Positions 1-10,093 of a stretch of 64,000 nt of DNA are shown here, in pieces (within the stretch, counting starts at the first letter, position 1; each line of letters opens with the position of its first letter). The notes under the pieces were generated by a model. The model was not told the DNA's origin. It did not search any database and saw nothing but the letters and a program-made list of their open reading frames with translations. Position numbers and translations under genes: made by a program. This DNA comes from an uncultured Ignavibacteriales bacterium (GTDB lineage Bacteria > Bacteroidota > Ignavibacteria > UBA10030 > SZUA-254), in NCBI GenBank assembly GCA_963714795.1, contig CAVQPS010000009.1:550709-614708 (forward strand), given 5' to 3'.

Positions 1-270
1 TTGATTGTGGTGAAAGAAAATAGTGAAAAATGAAACCACTGTCAAACCGATGCCGTAAAAAATAGGGATGAAGATTTGGTTGTGGTATTCACAAGAAAAC
101 CGGCAATTTGCACGATCTTGATTTCAAAATAGTCCATTATGAACGGATTTCGAAGACGGTCTTGATTTTTTGTTCATGCTTTAGTACCTTGACAAAGTAT
201 ATATGTCCGATTTTTCCCCCGGTACGTTCAAATTCTTTAGCATTGATTTTGGAAAATTCTTACGGGAGAT

Positions 271-870
271 TTGAGCGGAGGTTTCAACGCTTTAGCTCAG
301 GTGATGAAAGTGATGCAAAAGTTGACGCAAGATGAAATACGGAAACGTTTTGAGACCTCGAAAGAATTCAATGAGATCTTCGATGCATTTCAGAATGCTC
401 TTGCCCAGAGAATGAACGACATAGAACTCTACCGTCAATTATTCTGGAACCACGCGCTGACGCCGGCGGAACGATGTCTCTTCGGAGAAAAACTGGCAAA
501 AGAATTTCCCGATCTTGCCTACGATGTTTTTATGTGGCTTGCCAACGTGTTCGAAGTAACCAACGCCATGTATGATAATTACGATCTTGCTCTCGAATAT
601 TATAAGAAAGCCGCCGACAACAAACCGTGGGAACATGCACCGTATACCGCCGCGGCAAATTGCTACGAGCCCGACATCAATATCCCGTCGCTTTCCTATC
701 TCACGGAGTTTCTGAAACGTGGAACCCGTACCGTACGGGAACCCCAAAAAATATATGAGCGACTTGCATATTTTTATGACTTGTCCGGCAACGACGAGAT
801 GAGCATGTTTTACCGGCGAAAAATTGATGAATTGCGACATCCTCCGCAACCGCCATCCCCCGCACCATGA
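271..870 (+). CDS. hypothetical protein (true start may be the ATG near 304)
   Basis: ORF of 199 aa with no recognisable motif. It overlaps the start of the next gene by 4 nt (ATGA), which suggests co-transcription. Confidence 0.4.
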   Translation: MSGGFNALAQVMKVMQKLTQDEIRKRFETSKEFNEIFDAFQNALAQRMNDIELYRQLFWNHALTPAERCLFGEKLAKEFPDLAYDVFMWLANVFEVTNAMYDNYDLALEYYKKAADNKPWEHAPYTAAANCYEPDINIPSLSYLTEFLKRGTRTVREPQKIYERLAYFYDLSGNDEMSMFYRRKIDELRHPPQPPSPAP

Positions 871-1787
871 GGTCTTTGAAAGGGTATCTCTTTATCCTTT
901 GCGCGACAACCTTCTGGGGCGTTTCCGCAACGATTGCAAAATTTTTTTTCACGCACAATGAAAGCACGCTCGTTCTCGTGCAAATGAGAATGACGCTTTC
1001 GTTTCTCGTCATGGTCATATTTTTTCTGATTGGAAAACGAAATCTGCTCCGTGTCCGATGGAAGGATTTGTACCGGTTTGCCCTGATGGGAATTATCGGC
1101 GGTGCCGGTTCGAACTTTACCTATTATTTCACCATTCAGCAGACGAACGTTGCAACCGCGATTCTTCTTCAGTACATGGCGCCGTTGGGTGTTCTCGGGT
1201 TTGCCATCGTAACACGGGAAGAAGAAGTGAGTATCATAAAAATCATCGCCGGTATTGTTTCGCTGGCTGGCTGCTTCCTGGCAATCACCGGAACGAATCT
1301 TTCCGTTGTCTCGATCAGCCGGATCGGACTCCTTTCAGGAATTGCTTCGGCATGCTGCTGGGCATTTGCCAATATCTGGCTTCGCCGCCTGCTGAAAGAT
1401 TACAATGTCTGGACATGTCTCGTCTACGCGTTTTTGTTTGCGTCGCTCTTCTGGCTTTTCTTCAATCCGCCGTGGAATGTTATTGCCGCACATTATTCTT
1501 CGAACGCGTGGCTGACGTTTTTCGGTTTCGCGATGATTTCCGTTCTGATTCCGCACTCGCTCTATTTTGCCGGCGTTCGGTACCTGACCGCCTCACGGGC
1601 AATCATCACGGCGACGTTTGAACCAATCGTTGCAATCCTTTCCGCCTATATTATTCTCGGAGAAATCCTGGCACCCGCACAGCTTGCCGGCGCCGTTCTC
1701 GTGATCATTGCAATCATGATTCTTCAGACGAAGAAGGAAGAATCGGCAATTCTCGATCCGATGCCGCCCGTTCCGCACAGCGAATAG
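867..1787 (+). CDS. EamA/DMT-superfamily transporter
   Basis: 306 aa with about ten hydrophobic segments and a duplicated EamA-like architecture typical of drug/metabolite exporters. Confidence 0.7.
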   Translation: MRSLKGYLFILCATTFWGVSATIAKFFFTHNESTLVLVQMRMTLSFLVMVIFFLIGKRNLLRVRWKDLYRFALMGIIGGAGSNFTYYFTIQQTNVATAILLQYMAPLGVLGFAIVTREEEVSIIKIIAGIVSLAGCFLAITGTNLSVVSISRIGLLSGIASACCWAFANIWLRRLLKDYNVWTCLVYAFLFASLFWLFFNPPWNVIAAHYSSNAWLTFFGFAMISVLIPHSLYFAGVRYLTASRAIITATFEPIVAILSAYIILGEILAPAQLAGAVLVIIAIMILQTKKEESAILDPMPPVPHSE

Positions 1788-1797
1788 TCCGAAACTT

Positions 1798-2394
1798 TTG
1801 TATATTCAGATCGGTATGACCGAACGACGAGAAAAAAAATTTCTTTCCGTTCTACGCCATCGTCAGCCGGGTATGACGGTGGTGATGGAAGATATTCACG
1901 ATCCGCACAATGTCAGCGCAATTCTCCGCTCGGCAGATGCCGTCGGCATTATGGAAATCCAGTTGCTCTATGTCAATGAACTATTTCCGAAATTAGGAAA
2001 GAAAAGTTCTGCCAGTGCGGTGAAATGGGTTCCCCGGCGGAAATTCAAATCAGTGAAAGAGTGTTACGATCAGCTGCACGAAGATGGTTTCACGATTTAC
2101 GCGACACAGATCGCCGAACATGCCAAATCAATCTATCAGATCGATTGCACGAAAAAGATCGCATTCGTTTTCGGCAATGAGCATCGCGGCGTTTCCGGTG
2201 AAGCCGCCGAACTTGCCGATGGTCTTGTGCAAATTCCGATGATGGGAATGATCCAGAGCTTGAATGTTTCCGTTGCATGTGCAGTTACATTGTATGAGGC
2301 GCTTCGTCAACGCTCTGCTGCGGGAATGTACGACAAATCCACTCTTTCGGACAAAGCGATCAAGAAATTATTCACCGAGTGGATGAAAAAATAG
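1798..2394 (+). CDS. SpoU/TrmH-family RNA 2'-O-methyltransferase
   Basis: Carries the N-terminal 'VVMEDIHDPHNVSAILRSADAVG' motif and a C-terminal knot region 'GNEHRGVS...IPMMGMIQSLNVSVA' characteristic of SPOUT methyltransferases. The true start may be at 1816. Confidence 0.75.
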   Translation: MYIQIGMTERREKKFLSVLRHRQPGMTVVMEDIHDPHNVSAILRSADAVGIMEIQLLYVNELFPKLGKKSSASAVKWVPRRKFKSVKECYDQLHEDGFTIYATQIAEHAKSIYQIDCTKKIAFVFGNEHRGVSGEAAELADGLVQIPMMGMIQSLNVSVACAVTLYEALRQRSAAGMYDKSTLSDKAIKKLFTEWMKK

Positions 2395-3209
2395 CGATCG
2401 TTTCGGTTATGATGGTAAAAGTCGATGGCATGGATATTCATTTTGAACGAAAAGGGTCAGGAAAAACAATCCTTCTGGTTCACGGTCTCGGAAGTCCGCT
2501 CGTCTGGGATCGGCTGATCGATCCGTTAGCGCAATTCTTTGACGTTATTGCCGTCGACCTGCCGGGATTCGGCAGTTCGAGCAACCCGCCGGCGCCGTTT
2601 TCCACTCAGCAATATGCCGACGTTCTTTTTCATCTCATTGACACACTTCAGCTTCAGCGAACGTCGATCCTCGGGGTTTCGTACGGCGGACAGATTGCGC
2701 TGACCTTCGCATTCGATCATCAGAACAGAATCGACAAACTTATTTTAGTTGCGAGCTCGGGATTGGGACCGAGAAATTCCTTTCTTGCTTCTTCACCTGT
2801 TTGGATGCTCGTTTCATTCATCGTCAAAAATGTGATATTCAAAAGCACGATGATGATTCGATTGTTTAGCCGGATGTCGTTTTTTGACTGCACGAAACGT
2901 CCGGACGATCTTGCCGAACGATTCCATCGTGCCGTTAACGGAAAAGGAAGAAAAGAATCGTGGCTTCAATGCGCGCGGAATGCTTTGCGAACAGAGAACG
3001 ACTTCTCGAAACGGCTTGCAACGCTTTCAGTTCCGACATTAATTGTTTGGGGAAAGGAAGACCGCATTGTGCCGGTGCGGTGGGCGTACGGGTTTCAAAA
3101 GGTACTTCAGAACTCATCACTCAAGATTTTAGAGCGGTGCGGGCATTCATTGCCGTTGGAGAAAGCGGCGGAGTTGTGTGAGGAAGCGAAGGCGTTCTTT
3201 CAAAGATAA
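2379..3209 (+). CDS. alpha/beta-fold hydrolase
   Basis: Has 'ILLVHGLGS' after a beta strand and a nucleophile elbow 'GVSYGG' (GxSxG), at about 270 aa. Confidence 0.7.
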   Translation: MDEKIAIVSVMMVKVDGMDIHFERKGSGKTILLVHGLGSPLVWDRLIDPLAQFFDVIAVDLPGFGSSSNPPAPFSTQQYADVLFHLIDTLQLQRTSILGVSYGGQIALTFAFDHQNRIDKLILVASSGLGPRNSFLASSPVWMLVSFIVKNVIFKSTMMIRLFSRMSFFDCTKRPDDLAERFHRAVNGKGRKESWLQCARNALRTENDFSKRLATLSVPTLIVWGKEDRIVPVRWAYGFQKVLQNSSLKILERCGHSLPLEKAAELCEEAKAFFQR

Positions 3210-3241
3210 TTTATTTCACATCACGAGACTTCACCTCAAGT

Positions 3242-3449
3242 CCTCTCCTAAATGGAGAGGGAATTTATAATCGCCAAGATATAGAGTATTCATATCAAAA
3301 AGTCTTTATGGTTTTTGTTCTCCTTCGTGGTGGTCTTTTATTTGAGACCCCATCTGTAATCTTCCCCTAAGAGGGGAAGATGTTGTGGCTTCCACAAAAG
3401 AATATGATTACACGATCATTGCAAGCATCCTCTCCTCTAAGGAGAGGAT
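3242..3449. repeat. three related short hairpin repeats (CCTCTCC/GGAGAGG-type stems)
   Basis: The sequence shows three hairpins within about 210 bp. H1 3242..3260 is cctctcc-taaat-ggagagg. H2 3360..3380 is tcttcccc-taaga-ggggaaga. H3 3427..3449 is atcctctcc-tctaa-ggagaggat. H3 overlaps the last codons of the DUF559 ORF. Confidence 0.5.
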
Positions 3450-3836
3450 TATAGGTGAGGTCTCGTTTTGCAATCTTTGTCGAATCGTTTCATATATCGA
3501 ATCAAGAAACCCTTGTGTATTTTTCAGCGCATCGATATCCGTAAACCTCACGACCATAATTCCATTCGATTCAAGCAATGCATCTCGTTTCTGATCTCTT
3601 TTCATTCCGCTCTCTGTGCGGTGCTGGCTACCGTCCAGTTCGATACACAACAGGGCATTCTGACAAAAGAAGTCAAGTATATACGGGCCAAATGGAACCT
3701 GCCTTCGGATTTTGACTCCCATCTGATTGTTTCGTAAGTGTCTCCAAATTTTTTTCTCGGCATCAGTCATTTCTCGCCGCAATCGGCGGGCAAGAGAAAT
3801 TAACTTTGAACTATAATTCTCAAAATGTCGATGCAT
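3408..3836 (-). CDS. DUF559 (Vsr-like) endonuclease-domain protein
   Basis: The N-terminus 'LARRLRREMTDAEKKIWRHLRNNQ...FRRQVPFGPYILDFFC' is typical of DUF559 proteins. The C-terminal tail is encoded by hairpin repeat H3, so the real stop may lie upstream of 3408. Confidence 0.7.
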   Translation of the reverse strand: MHRHFENYSSKLISLARRLRREMTDAEKKIWRHLRNNQMGVKIRRQVPFGPYILDFFCQNALLCIELDGSQHRTESGMKRDQKRDALLESNGIMVVRFTDIDALKNTQGFLDSIYETIRQRLQNETSPIILSLEERMLAMIV

Positions 3837-3873
3837 GAATTAATCCCCCCCGGGAGTGTTCGCAAGCGAAAGC

Positions 3874-5316
3874 TTACACCCGTTCTACGCGTATCGTATT
3901 CGTCGGGTGACCTTCGAAGAGCGGAATGCCGGCGAGGAGGACGACCATTTCGCCGCGCTCGATATATCCTTCCGCCGATAATTTTTCCAGAATCCGTTTG
4001 AACGTTGCGTCGGATTCTTTTTTCTGATCTTCCACGATCAATCCCCGGATGCCCCAGATGAGATTCAACCGCTGCATGATTTTCGGTCGTGTTGTAACGG
4101 CGATGATGCGCGCATGCGGTCGAAACTTTGCCACATGCACTGCTGTCGAGCCGGAATGCGTGAGCGCAACGATAGTCGAAGCTTTCAAATTTTCCGCCAG
4201 CACGCATGCCGACTTGCACAGCGGATCATATTCGTGCGTGGTTTGTATCCAATCGGGATTGTACTTTTGCTGCATTGCCACCTGTTCTTCCGTTTTGCGA
4301 ATGATGCGATCCATCATTTGGATTGCCTGTACCGGATATTTTCCGACGGATGTTTCGCCGCTCAGCATGACGGCATCGGTGCCGTCGAGAACGGCGTTGG
4401 CAACGTCGCTTGCCTCTGCGCGTGTCGGGGTCGGATTGTTGATCATCGATTCGAGCATCTGTGTCGCGATGATAACCGGTTTTCCCATCTCATTGCATTT
4501 CCGGACGATCATTTTTTGAAGCAGGGGAACGTCTTCCGCCGGCAATTCAACGCCGAGATCGCCGCGGGCAACCATCACCGCATCTGTCTCCTTCAAAATT
4601 TCGTCGATGTTGGCAATTGCTTCGCCCTTTTCAATCTTCGCGATGATCGGAACTTTTCGCCCCTTCGGTCCATTTTCGATAATAAAATCCCGGAGTACCG
4701 CAACATCATGTGCGCGGCGGACGAACGAAAGCGCGATATAATCTACCTCATGTTCAAACGTAAAAAAAAGATCTTCTTTGTCTTTTTCCGTCAACGACGG
4801 AGCAGAAACTGCGACGCCGGGAAGGTTGATTCCTTTATGCGGTGTCAGTATGCCGCCGGTGACGACCTGAGCTTCGACATCGGTGGAAGTCGTGCGGAGA
4901 ACGCGCAGTTCGATTTTCCCATCGTCCAACAGAACGCGGTCGCCCGGTTTCACATCTTTCGGCAGTTCGGTATATGTCGTCGAAAGAATTTTCTCATTCC
5001 CTTTTTGATCCCTGGTGGTGATGGTGACGAGAGCGTTTGCCTGTAATTCGATGGACGGTGTTTGCAATTCACCTATCCGGATTTTCGGTCCCTGAAGATC
5101 CTGAATAACGCTGATCGGCTCGCCCGACGCGGCGGCGGCTTGCCGCAGGTTTTTCAACGTTTGTAAATGTTCGTCGTGTGTGCCGTGGGAAAAATTCATC
5201 CGCGCAACATCCATTCCCGCCTGTATCATCGACAGCAGCTGTTCTACCGTCGACGACGCAGGACCGAGCGTGCAGACGATTTTTGTTTTTCCAAAAAGAC
5301 GTTTTGTGTTTGACAT
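3874..5316 (-). CDS. pyk: pyruvate kinase
   Basis: 480 aa with 'KIVCTLGPAS', 'MNFSHG' and 'LDTKGPEIR-like QGPKIRIG' motifs. Confidence 0.9.
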   Translation of the reverse strand: MSNTKRLFGKTKIVCTLGPASSTVEQLLSMIQAGMDVARMNFSHGTHDEHLQTLKNLRQAAAASGEPISVIQDLQGPKIRIGELQTPSIELQANALVTITTRDQKGNEKILSTTYTELPKDVKPGDRVLLDDGKIELRVLRTTSTDVEAQVVTGGILTPHKGINLPGVAVSAPSLTEKDKEDLFFTFEHEVDYIALSFVRRAHDVAVLRDFIIENGPKGRKVPIIAKIEKGEAIANIDEILKETDAVMVARGDLGVELPAEDVPLLQKMIVRKCNEMGKPVIIATQMLESMINNPTPTRAEASDVANAVLDGTDAVMLSGETSVGKYPVQAIQMMDRIIRKTEEQVAMQQKYNPDWIQTTHEYDPLCKSACVLAENLKASTIVALTHSGSTAVHVAKFRPHARIIAVTTRPKIMQRLNLIWGIRGLIVEDQKKESDATFKRILEKLSAEGYIERGEMVVLLAGIPLFEGHPTNTIRVERV

Positions 5317-5323
5317 ACAGATT

Positions 5324-6097
5324 CTATAATACTTGAGTGGTGTGTGAATAGCAAGTTCTCATAAGTTGAGGGAGAATAACGCCTGCCTTGCCGAGGAGGA
5401 CTTCATCCGCCTTTGGAGTCAGATCGGTCGGTTCGATATTGATTTCAACGACATATGCTCCTGATTTTTTCGCGATAGCCGGGAGTGATGCCGCGGGAAA
5501 TACCACACCCGACGTTCCGATGGCGAAAAACAGATCGGCGTGTTCTGCGGCTTTGACGCTTTCGTTCCACTCGTCTTCAGGAAGATTTTCACCAAACCAA
5601 ACGACATCGGGCCGTATAAGATTTTTGCAGAACGAACATCGCGGCACCTGTTGTTGAGAAAGAATTTCTTCGTTGGTGAAATATTTCCCGCACCCGATGC
5701 AATAATTGCGTTCGATATTTCCGTGCAGTTCATATATTGTCGTACTGCCGGCGCGGCGATGAAGATTGTCGATATTTTGCGTAATGATCGAGAACCGCCG
5801 GTGATGTTTTTCCATCTCTGCGAGAGCGCGATGTCCGGCGTTCGGTTGAATATCGGCAATCAGCTTTTTCCTGTGGTTGTACCATTCCCAAACGAGATCG
5901 GGATTTCGCATAAATGCATCGAAGTTGGCAAGTTCTTCCGGCTTGAATTTTTTCCAGATGCCGTCTTCGCCGCGGAATGTCGGTACACCGCTTTCAGCAG
6001 ACATGCCGGCGCCGGTAAAAGTCGCGACGGCATCGGCTTGCCGGAGTTTCGCAATCAGCCGTTGTGAGATAGTGATGTTTGAGGATTCAGGTGTCAT
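5324..6097 (-). CDS. cobB: NAD-dependent protein deacylase (Sir2/CobB family)
   Basis: Contains 'GAGMSAESGVPTFRG', 'QNIDNLH', and a Cys-x2-Cys...Cys-x2-Cys zinc ribbon. Its start overlaps the acylase stop by 4 nt (ATGA). Confidence 0.85.
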   Translation of the reverse strand: MTPESSNITISQRLIAKLRQADAVATFTGAGMSAESGVPTFRGEDGIWKKFKPEELANFDAFMRNPDLVWEWYNHRKKLIADIQPNAGHRALAEMEKHHRRFSIITQNIDNLHRRAGSTTIYELHGNIERNYCIGCGKYFTNEEILSQQQVPRCSFCKNLIRPDVVWFGENLPEDEWNESVKAAEHADLFFAIGTSGVVFPAASLPAIAKKSGAYVVEINIEPTDLTPKADEVLLGKAGVILPQLMRTCYSHTTQVL

Positions 6098-8523
6098 TGT
6101 GGCCGTAATTCAAGATGGTCCCACGATTCCTGTTCAATCAGTTTCCAGTCGGTATTCAATTGAATATATCCGCCGTTCAGCCATAGTGAAGTCTGATCGT
6201 CGTAATGTTTGTTGAATGCCTGACCCGATTCGCCCGACGTAATGATGAGATACGATGTTTGCGGTGTGGCGAGATCGACGACTTGCCGCATCGATGGTCC
6301 GACGGATGTTTGGTAAGGCAAGGAAATTGAGAATTCGGTTTTATCGATTGTCGTTTCGCCGCCGGCAATCGGAAACGGTCCGATGTTGAATACCTTATCG
6401 AGCGGTTCACGCGTTCCAAACAGATGTTTGAATGTGACGGTATGAATTTTTCCCCACTGCCACATTTTCATTTCCGGCCCGATCGTCGATTGCAATTCGT
6501 CCACAGCGTCCGATAAACTTTTTCGGAGAATATCGTTCTTGGTTTCGATTTGCGGCGTATTGACATTATCGAACCATTGCGAACTGTCGGCGGCAAGCAA
6601 TTGACTCGTTACACGGTAAGGGATCGCTCCAAAAAAAACAAAATCTTTGAACACATCTTCACCCATTTCATCTTCATACGTGTTGTGAAGAAGTTTGTTG
6701 AAGAAGACATTGAAGATTGTCGATGCGATGTCGGTTTGTGTATAACGAAAATCCCAATTATGAAGATAATTCAGCGCGGCGGAGATTTCCGGCGTTTTAT
6801 TGATCGTACTGTCGTTGTAGGCAGTCAAAAGATGCTGTACGACATCGTGCGCGAACGGAGAAGTGATATCCTGCTGGAACTGTTCGAAGTCCGTTGAAGA
6901 AAATTTTTCTGCAGAATGAAGAAGCTGGCGAATGCGAATGATACGCGACGGCGGTTCCCATAACGTCGAAAGATAAAACGGAAATGATTGGTCGGCGATC
7001 TTCTGGTTGGCGCACGCCAGATATCCTTCCGGCGGGTTTTTTGCATGGGGAAGCTGGTCGAACGGGAGAAATCCTTTCCATTCCGATTCACCGGTCCAGC
7101 CGGCGAGTGGAAGCATCGGGTTTCCTTTGCCGCGGATCGGTATTTTACCGGCAGTCCAGTATGCAATCGTGTTATCGACATCTGCATAAACGATCGATTG
7201 TGCCGGAACGGTAATTTCACGAACTCCTTTCTCAAACGTTTCGTACGAACTCGCTTTGTCCATCAAATAAAAACCGTATATCTCATCGCTGACGTCGAGA
7301 CCGGTCCAGCGCATCGCGACCGGCGTCGAAGCGCGTTGAAGCGAATCGGTGTGCCGAAGCGCCGGATGAACATCGTTGATAATCGGACCGTGATGAGTTT
7401 CGCGAACGGTGATGATCAGACTGTCGGACGGTTTGATATATATTTTTTCTTCATGCGACAGGATCGGCAGAGAAAGTTTTTCAAACCGATACATATTGGA
7501 ATGAGAGGAATCAACCATCTCGTCATAAAAATCCGCATCGTCGATCATTGCATTCGTCAATCCCCACGCGACCCGATCGTTATGACCGATGATGATGACC
7601 GGTGCGCCGGGAATCATAACGCCGGAAACATTCCATGACGGCGCCGATAAATGTGCCTCGTACCACCGGGACGGGCTGGGCATGGCGAGGTGCGGATCGT
7701 TCGCGAGAAGCGGTTTTCCGCTGACTGATTTTGATGAATCGACGACCCATGCATTGCTCCCCGCTTCCAGCGAGCCGAGCCCGAATTGCGCACGGTACGA
7801 TCTTCCGATATCCAGCAGGGCATGAATTCCACCGATATGTTTACCGGATGCCAGTGAAGAAACTATCGGTAAAACAGAATCGGGATAGGAAGGAAAAAGC
7901 TCCTGTAATTTTTTCGGTGAAACCTTTTCTGCTATTTCACCATACGTCAAATCTGTCCACCAAGCGAGATTGAGTTCCCACGCCATTAAACGGGAGACGA
8001 GAAGACTGTGCTGTACCGTCCAATGTTCCGGTTCATAATTCAACATATCGAATTCGACGGGATATTTTCCCTTGTTGTTATCGATGTAGGCATTCACTCC
8101 GTCGGCAAATGCTTCGAGGATGAGTTTTGTTTCCGGATGGAGATGTGCGGCGATAGAATCCGCGACACGCGTAAGATTCAGTGTCCGAAACAGCATGTCA
8201 TATTCCACTGTCGGTTTGCCGAGCACTTCCGATAACCGTCCCTCGCCGGCACGGCGCATGATGTCCATTTGCCATAGACGATCCTGTGCCTGAACGAAGC
8301 CGGTTGCCATCATTAAATCGTGTTCATCGTTTGCATGGATATGTGGGATGCCGTAATTGTCGCGAACGATTTCGACCGTCTCATGCAATCCCGGAATGGA
8401 CAGCGATCCGGTTGTGACCGGATACGATTTTGTTACCAGATGGCGAAGGAAAAGTATTCCCACCAGAATAATGATGATCAATGAAACTGTTGTGCCGACG
8501 ATGATCTTTGCGAGTTTTGACAC
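6094..8523 (-). CDS. penicillin acylase/amidase family protein (Ntn hydrolase)
   Basis: 809 aa with an N-terminal TM/signal segment and the 'GSNAWVV...ANDPHL' catalytic-Ser region typical of penicillin G acylase-like proteins. Confidence 0.8.
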   Translation of the reverse strand: MSKLAKIIVGTTVSLIIIILVGILFLRHLVTKSYPVTTGSLSIPGLHETVEIVRDNYGIPHIHANDEHDLMMATGFVQAQDRLWQMDIMRRAGEGRLSEVLGKPTVEYDMLFRTLNLTRVADSIAAHLHPETKLILEAFADGVNAYIDNNKGKYPVEFDMLNYEPEHWTVQHSLLVSRLMAWELNLAWWTDLTYGEIAEKVSPKKLQELFPSYPDSVLPIVSSLASGKHIGGIHALLDIGRSYRAQFGLGSLEAGSNAWVVDSSKSVSGKPLLANDPHLAMPSPSRWYEAHLSAPSWNVSGVMIPGAPVIIIGHNDRVAWGLTNAMIDDADFYDEMVDSSHSNMYRFEKLSLPILSHEEKIYIKPSDSLIITVRETHHGPIINDVHPALRHTDSLQRASTPVAMRWTGLDVSDEIYGFYLMDKASSYETFEKGVREITVPAQSIVYADVDNTIAYWTAGKIPIRGKGNPMLPLAGWTGESEWKGFLPFDQLPHAKNPPEGYLACANQKIADQSFPFYLSTLWEPPSRIIRIRQLLHSAEKFSSTDFEQFQQDITSPFAHDVVQHLLTAYNDSTINKTPEISAALNYLHNWDFRYTQTDIASTIFNVFFNKLLHNTYEDEMGEDVFKDFVFFGAIPYRVTSQLLAADSSQWFDNVNTPQIETKNDILRKSLSDAVDELQSTIGPEMKMWQWGKIHTVTFKHLFGTREPLDKVFNIGPFPIAGGETTIDKTEFSISLPYQTSVGPSMRQVVDLATPQTSYLIITSGESGQAFNKHYDDQTSLWLNGGYIQLNTDWKLIEQESWDHLELRPQ

Positions 8524-8550
8524 CGAATGTTATCAATATTATGAGAAATA

Positions 8551-8581
8551 AAAATCCCGTCTCGTAAACACGGGACGGGAT
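8551..8581 (-). terminator. rho-independent terminator-like hairpin downstream of the outer-membrane gene cluster
   Basis: The sequence shows the hairpin tcccgtctcg-taaaca-cgggacggga. On the minus strand it is followed by a T-rich run, and it lies between the OM-protein stop (8615) and the acylase start (8523). Confidence 0.45.
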
Positions 8582-8614
8582 AATATACTTCTTTGAAGAA
8601 TGTTCTGCAAAAAC

Positions 8615-10063
8615 TCAGAAGCGGTACGTTACGGTTCCAATAATATTGTTGGTCGTGATGCTTTCGCTAACGAGCGCCGTCGGATCGTATGTCCAGCGAT
8701 ACGCTCCCCACGGATCGGAATAATATTGAGAGGTATTAACGGTTCCGTGTGCGTAACCGATATCGATTGCCATACTGTTTTCAAAAACGAATCCGAGACC
8801 GCAGGTAATATACTTTGTGGCCTGAGAAGAACCGTCCCCGCTGTACGGTGAAGGCAGGTATGCATAACCGCCGCGGATCCGCAATCCGATTTCGGTGAAT
8901 TCATATTCGCCGCCGATTTTCATATTGACGGTCGGACGGAAGAGCTGTTTGATCTGTGTATTGTAATACAGCAATGTCGGATCGTTCGTGTTGCGAAATT
9001 CCATTTGCGTATAATCTTCGTAGTCGATTTCTGCCGAAAGCAAAAGGTCTTTGATGCCTTGAGAATATCCGGCGGAGAAGACAAACGGCGTCGTGACGTC
9101 ATAATCGTTCTTTACATGATCTGCCGAAATGTACGTTGCGGTCGAATCGAGATTTGCGTCGAAGATGTTGTTCCCTTGTTCTGAATATGTTTCATGCACC
9201 GTTATCCACGACGGTGTTCGAACCGTAAGTCCTAACCGGCCCTGAGAATTGAATTTGTATAACAAGCCGAGCGTTGCGGAAAAGCCGCCGATATCATCGT
9301 TGAAGTTTTCCGACAGGGATAACGAATATGGATTCGGTGATGCAACATCACTCAAATTATCTTCGAAATAATTCCGGGCGTAAGAATACGATCCGGTCAT
9401 GAAATTCAAACTGATGCCGAGATAAAGATTCGGTGCTGCTTCAGAAGCAAGGGCAAGAGCGACATTATTCAAACCGCCGTCGTTCAGGATCTGTCCGCTT
9501 TGCGTGACGTTATTTTTTACGCGGCTTACCAACTTGCCGTTCACAGAATCGGCAAGATAAAGATTGTATGCCAAGTTCTGATCATTCGGGTATGGATCTG
9601 CGTCGGATGTCCAAAATTGTCCGATACTGCTTCCGGTGTTATATCCTTTAAAGGAAAGTCCCGAAGCAAAATCCGCCTGCCGGTGGTATCCTACTGAAAA
9701 AACCAAACTTCCCTTATCAGTGGGAAAAGGATACACCAACCCCGCATCGTTAATGCTTGTTGCACTGTTATTGAATGACGAAGAATTATTCAGATACGTT
9801 GCGTTGTTATTGCTTGCAACATTGGACAAACCGAACGAGAGTTCGTTCATCCTGATTTGTCCGAGTCCGGCGGGATTCCAAAACGCTGCGGTGTAATCAT
9901 TGGCAACGCCCGTGTACGCCATACCCATTCCCAGAGCTCTTGCACCGACGCCGAGCCCGGGGAATGATAGTCTTAAAATATCTTCAGGATATTGACTGTA
10001 ACCGGTTGAAGTGAAGATCAGAATTAGTGCAACGCATGATATACCGATCAATGTTGTTTTCAT
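8615..10063 (-). CDS. outer-membrane beta-barrel protein, FadL/TodX- or PorV-like
   Basis: Has a signal peptide and the N-terminal motif 'GARALGMGMAYTGVANDYTAAFWNPAGL' typical of FadL/PorV-type barrels. It is 482 aa, rich in alternating aromatics, and ends with a C-terminal Phe. Confidence 0.5.
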   Translation of the reverse strand: MKTTLIGISCVALILIFTSTGYSQYPEDILRLSFPGLGVGARALGMGMAYTGVANDYTAAFWNPAGLGQIRMNELSFGLSNVASNNNATYLNNSSSFNNSATSINDAGLVYPFPTDKGSLVFSVGYHRQADFASGLSFKGYNTGSSIGQFWTSDADPYPNDQNLAYNLYLADSVNGKLVSRVKNNVTQSGQILNDGGLNNVALALASEAAPNLYLGISLNFMTGSYSYARNYFEDNLSDVASPNPYSLSLSENFNDDIGGFSATLGLLYKFNSQGRLGLTVRTPSWITVHETYSEQGNNIFDANLDSTATYISADHVKNDYDVTTPFVFSAGYSQGIKDLLLSAEIDYEDYTQMEFRNTNDPTLLYYNTQIKQLFRPTVNMKIGGEYEFTEIGLRIRGGYAYLPSPYSGDGSSQATKYITCGLGFVFENSMAIDIGYAHGTVNTSQYYSDPWGAYRWTYDPTALVSESITTNNIIGTVTYRF

Positions 10064-10093
10064 AAGTCAAGTCTTTAATGTCTTCGATAAATG

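Noticed and set aside
108-335. 75-aa ORF at the window start.
   Set aside because: It has no RBS or motif support. It overlaps the probable start region of the 271..870 gene in another frame.
3385-3737. Plus-strand ORFs of 69 aa and 89 aa in the DUF559 region.
   Set aside because: They are encoded across the hairpin repeats and are antisense to the DUF559 gene. There is no support for them as genes.
4114-5046. 310-aa plus-strand ORF inside the pyruvate kinase region.
   Set aside because: It is antisense to a strongly motif-supported pyk gene on the minus strand. Its composition (Arg/Cys/His-rich) is typical of a shadow ORF.
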